DNA of 64,000 nt, taken from Eledone cirrhosa. Lineage: Eukaryota. Where the stretch lies: contig OZ024744.1 of NCBI GenBank assembly GCA_964016885.1, positions 128,898,001-128,962,000 of the forward strand, in the 5' to 3' direction. The notes below the pieces were generated by a model. That model did not search any database and had not been told where the DNA came from. It worked only from the letters and a program-made list of their open reading frames with translations. The translations under genes and the position numbers were made by a program. Each line of letters begins with the position of its first letter. Positions within the stretch are counted from its first letter, which is position 1. Positions 60,301 to 64,000 of this stretch are shown one piece after another.

Positions 60301-63300
60301 TTATGTTAAGTGGTGGTTATGTTAAGTTGGGGTTAAGTTAAGTTGGGGTTAAGTTAAGTTGGGGTTAAGTTAAGTTGGGGTTAAGTTAATTAGGGTTAAG
60401 TTAAGTTGGGTTTAAGTTAAGTTGGGGTTAAGTTAATTTGTGGTTAAGTTAAGTTGGGGTTAAGTTAAGTTGGGGTTAAGTTAAGTTGGGGATAAGTTAA
60501 GTTGGGGATAAGTTAAGTTGGGGTTAATTAAGTTGGGTTTAAGTTAAGTTGGGGTTAAGTTAAGTCGGGGTTAAGTTAAGTTGGGGTTAAGTTAAGTTGG
60601 GGGTAAGATAAGTTGGGGTTAGTTAAGTTGCGGTTAAGTTAAGTTGGGGTTAAGTTAAGTTGGGGTTAAGTTAAGTTGGGGTTAAGTTAAGTTGGGGTTA
60701 ATTTAAGTTGGGGTTAATTTAAGTTGGGGTTAAGTTAAGTTTTGGGGGTAAGTTAAGTTGGGGTTAAGTTAAGTTGGGGTTAAGTTGGGGTTAAGTTAAG
60801 TTAGGGTTAACTTAAGTTGGGGTTGTGTTAAGTGGTGGTTATGTTAAGTGGTGGTTATGTTAAGTTGGGGTTAAGTTAAGTTGGGTTAAGTTAAATTGGG
60901 TTAAGTTAAGTTGCGGTTAAGTTAAGTTGGGGGTTAAGTTAAGTTGGGGTTAAGTTAATTAGGGTTAAGTTAAATTGGGGTTAAGTTAAGTTGGGGTTTA
61001 AGTTAAGTTGGGGTTAAGTTAATTTGTGGTTAAGTTAAGTTGGGGTTAAGTTAAGTTGGGGTTAAGTTAAGTTGGGGATAAGTTAAGTTGAGGATAAGTT
61101 AAGTTGGGGTTAATTAAGTTGGGTTTAAGTTAAGTTGGGGTTAAGTTAAGTTGGGGTTAAGTTAAGTTGGGTTAAGTTAAGTTGGTTAGTTAAGTTGAGT
61201 TTAGTTAAGTTGGGGTTAATTTAAGTTGGGGTTAAGTTAAGTTGGGGTTAAGTTAATTTGGGGTTAAGTTAAGTTGGGTTCAGTTAAGTTGGGGTTAAGT
61301 TAAGTTGGGGTTAAGTTGGGGTAAAATTAAGTTGGGGTTAAGCTAAGTTGCGGTTAAGTTAAAATGAGGTTAAGTTAAGTTGGGGTTAAGTTAAGTTGGG
61401 GTTAAGTAAGTTGGGGCTAAAGTTAAGTTGGGGCTAAGTTAAGTTGGGGCTAAGTTAAGTTGGATTAAGTTAACTTTGGGTTAAGTTAAGTTGGGTTTGA
61501 GTTAAGTTGGGGTTATTTAGTTGGGGTTAAGTTAAGTTGGGGTTAAGTTAAGTTGGGGTTAAGTTAAGTTGGGGTTAAGTTAAGTTGATGTTAAGTTAAG
61601 TTGGGTTAATTTAAGTTGGGGTTAAGTTAAGTTGGGGCTAAGTTAAGTTGGGGTTAAGTTAATTAGGGTTAAGTTAAGTTGGGGTTAAGTTAAGTTGGGG
61701 TTAAGTTAAGTTGGGGTTAAGTTAATTTGTGGTTAAGTTAAGTTGGGTTAAGTTAAGTTGGGGTTAAGTTAAGTTGGGGATAAGTTAAGTTTAGGATAAG
61801 TTAAGTTGGGGTTAATTAAGTTGGGTTTAAGTTAAGTTGGGGTTAAGTTAAGTTGGGGTTAAGTTAAGTTGGGGTTAAGTTAAGTTGGTTAGTTAAGTTG
61901 AGTTTAAGTTAAGTTGGGGTTAAGTTAAGTTGGGGCTAAGTTAAGTTGGGGCTAAGTTAAGTTGGGGCTAAGTTAAGTTGGGGTTAAGTTAACTTTGGGT
62001 TAAGTTAAGTTGGGTTTGAGTTAAGTTGGGGTTAATTAAGTTGGGGTTAAGTTAAGTTGGGGTTAAGTTAAGTTGGGTTAAGTTAAGTTGATGTTAAGTT
62101 AAGTTGGGGTTAATTTAAGTTGGGGTTAAGTTAAGTTGGGGCTAAGTTAAGTTGGAGCTAAGTTAAGTTGGGGCTAAGTTAAGTTGGGGTTAAGTTAAGT
62201 TGGGGTTAAGTTAAGGTGGGGTTAAGTTAAGTTGGGGTCAACTTAAGTTGGGGTTAAGTTAAGTTGGGGTTAACTTAAGTTGGGGTTAAGTTAAGTTGGG
62301 GTTAAGTTAAGTTGGGGTTACGTTAAGTTGGGGGTAAGTTAAGTTGGTGGTAAGTTAAGTTGGGGGTAAGTTAAGATGGGGTTAAGTTAGGGTTAAGTTA
62401 AGTTAGGGTTAAGTTAATTTGGGGTTGAGTTAAGTTGGGGTTAAGTTAAGTGGTGGTTATGTTAAGTTGGGGTTAAGTTAAGTTGGGGTTAATTTAAATT
62501 GGGGTTAATTTAAATTTGTTGTTAAGTTAAGTTGGGGTTAATTTAAGTTGGGGTTAAGTTAAGTTGGGGTTGAGTTAAGTTGGGGTTGAGTGAAGTTGGG
62601 GTTAAGTTAAGTTGGGGTTAAGTTAAGTTGGGGTTGAGTTAAGTTGGGGTTAATTTAAGTTGGGGCTAAGTTCATTTGGGGTTCAGTTAAGTTGGGGTTA
62701 AATTAAGTTGGGGTTAAGTTAAGTTGGGGTTAAATTAAGTTGGGGTTAAGTTAAGTTGGGGTTAAGTTAAGTTGGGGTTAAGTTAATTTGGGGTTAAGTG
62801 AAGTTAGGGTTAAGTTAAGTTGGGGTTGAGTTAAGTTGGGGGTAAGTTAAGTTGGGGTTATGTTAAGTTGGGGTTACGTTAAGTTGGGTTTAAGTTAAGT
62901 TGGGGTTAAGTTAAGTTGGGGTTAAGTTAAGTTGGGGTTAATTTAAGTTGGGGTTAAGTTAAGTTGGGATTAATTTAAGTTGGGGTTAAGTTAAGTTGGG
63001 GTTAAGTTAAGTTGGGGTTAAATTAAGTTGGGGTTAAGTTAAGTTGGGGTTAAGTTAAGTTGGGGTTAAGTTAATTTGGGGTTAAGTTAAGTTAGGGTAA
63101 AGTTAAGTTGGGGTTGAGTTAAGTTGGGGTAAGTTAAGTTGGGGTTAAGTTAAGTTGGGGTTAAGTTAAGTTGGGGTTAAGTTAAGTTAGGCTTAACTTA
63201 AGTTGGGGTTAAGTTAAGTTGGGGGTGAGTTAAGTTGGGGGTAAGTTAAGTTGGGGTTAAGTTAAGTTGGGGTTAAGTTGGGGTTAAGTTAAGTTAGGGT

Positions 63301-64000
63301 TAAGTTAATTTGGGGTTGAGTTAAGTTGGGGTTAAGTTAAGTGGTGGTTATGTTAAGTTGGGGTTAAGTTAAGTTGGGGTTAATTTAAATTGGGGTTAAT
63401 TTAAATTTGTTGTTAAGTTAAGTTGGGGTTAATTTAAGTTGGGGTTAAGTTAAGTTGGGGTTGAGTTAAGTTGTGGTTGAGTGAAGTTGGGGTTAAGTTA
63501 AGTTGGGGTTAAATTAAGTTGGGGTTAAGTTAAGTTGGGGTTGAGTTAAGTTGGGGTTAATTTAAGTTGGGGCTAAGTTAATTTGGGGTTAAGTTAAGTT
63601 GGGGTTAAATTAAGTTGGGGTTAAGTTAAGTTGGGGTTAAGTTAAGTTGGGGTTAAGTTAATTTGGGGTTAAGTGAAGTTAGGGTTAAGTTAAGTTGGGG
63701 CTGAGTTAAGTTGGGGGTAAGTTAAGTTGGGGTTATGTTAAGTTGGGGTTAAGTTAAGTTGGGGTTAAGTTAAGTTGGGGTTCAGTTAAGTTGCCGTTAA
63801 GTTAAGTTGGGGTTAAGTTAAGTTGGGGTTAAGTTAAGTTGGGGTTAATTTAAGTTGGGGTTAAGTTAAGTTGGGGTTAAGTTAATTTGTGGTTAAGTTA
63901 AGTTGGGGTTAAGTTAAGTTTGGGTTAAATTCAGTCGGGGTTAAGTTAAGTCGGGGTTAAGTTACGTTGGGGTTAAGTTAAGTTGGGGTTAAGTTAAGTT
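24390..64000 (+). repeat. ~10.0-10.8-kb super-repeat (about 4 copies) built from ~4.1-kb higher-order units
   Basis: TTAGGTTTAACTT occurs at 25625, 36128, 46228, 56651. GTTTAGGATA occurs at 30437, 41271, 51211, 61789. AGTTTGGGTTGAG occurs at ~24388, ~34891, ~45023, ~55414. Confidence 0.75.

Larger units (their letters stand above)
1712..64000 (+). repeat. G-rich 16-bp tandem array (TTAAGTTAAGTTGGGG)n, telomere-like repeat or satellite, about 3,900 units; open at the right edge
   Basis: The repeat is continuous and in a single orientation from 1712 to the window end. The consensus has no C on the + strand. Variant units are common (TTAAT, TTGAG, GGGGCT, GCGG, GTGG, AGGG, and the 11-mer TTAAGTTGGGG). 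I saw no inversion or foreign insertion. The array itself is certain; telomere identity is inference. Confidence 0.97.

Noticed and set aside
1712-64000. Protein-coding ORF in the 16-mer array
   Set aside because: Each unit has two TAA triplets on each strand (TTAA is palindromic), and the 16-bp period rotates them through all frames, so no long ORF is possible.
1712-64000. Canonical TTAGGG, TTAGG or TTAGGC telomere
   Set aside because: These words occur only as isolated single-base variants of the 16-mer (e.g. TTAGGC ~2818, TTAGGG ~2483) and never as extended tandem runs.
1712-64000. Telomere-targeted retrotransposon (TRAS/SART-like) or piggyBac insertion at the many TTAA sites
   Set aside because: I saw no non-repeat insertion, poly(A) tail or terminal inverted repeat anywhere in the array.
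1712-64000. Whole array as a sequencing or assembly artefact
   Set aside because: Copies share ordered variants yet differ by private substitutions and monomer-sized indels in a nested way, which random error would not produce. Exact copy number and order still need read validation.
1-64000. Assignment to a specific organism
   Set aside because: The similarity to ciliate and hymenopteran telomeric motifs is too short to be diagnostic, and the window contains no genes.

Overview
The window has no coding sequence and is entirely repetitive, most likely eukaryotic DNA. Bases 1-~1130 are a very AT-rich satellite with a ~321-bp unit, each unit containing a ~190-bp imperfect palindrome. This grades into a ~37-bp minisatellite (~1131-1713). 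An abrupt junction at ~1712 starts a strand-asymmetric, G-rich tandem array of the 16-mer TTAAGTTAAGTTGGGG, which runs for more than 62 kb (about 3,900 units) to the window edge. The layout of AT-rich satellite followed by a G-rich array reading 5'->3' outward resembles a subtelomere-telomere boundary with a non-canonical repeat. However, the array's point variants recur in fixed order at nested periods of about 0.7, 1.3, 4.1, 5.6, 10.3 and 20.5 kb. That pattern implies amplification by recombination or DNA-templated copying rather than by a short telomerase template. The window alone cannot show whether this is a true chromosome end or an internal satellite, and I cannot identify the organism. 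All marker coordinates were read by eye and may be off by a few bases.
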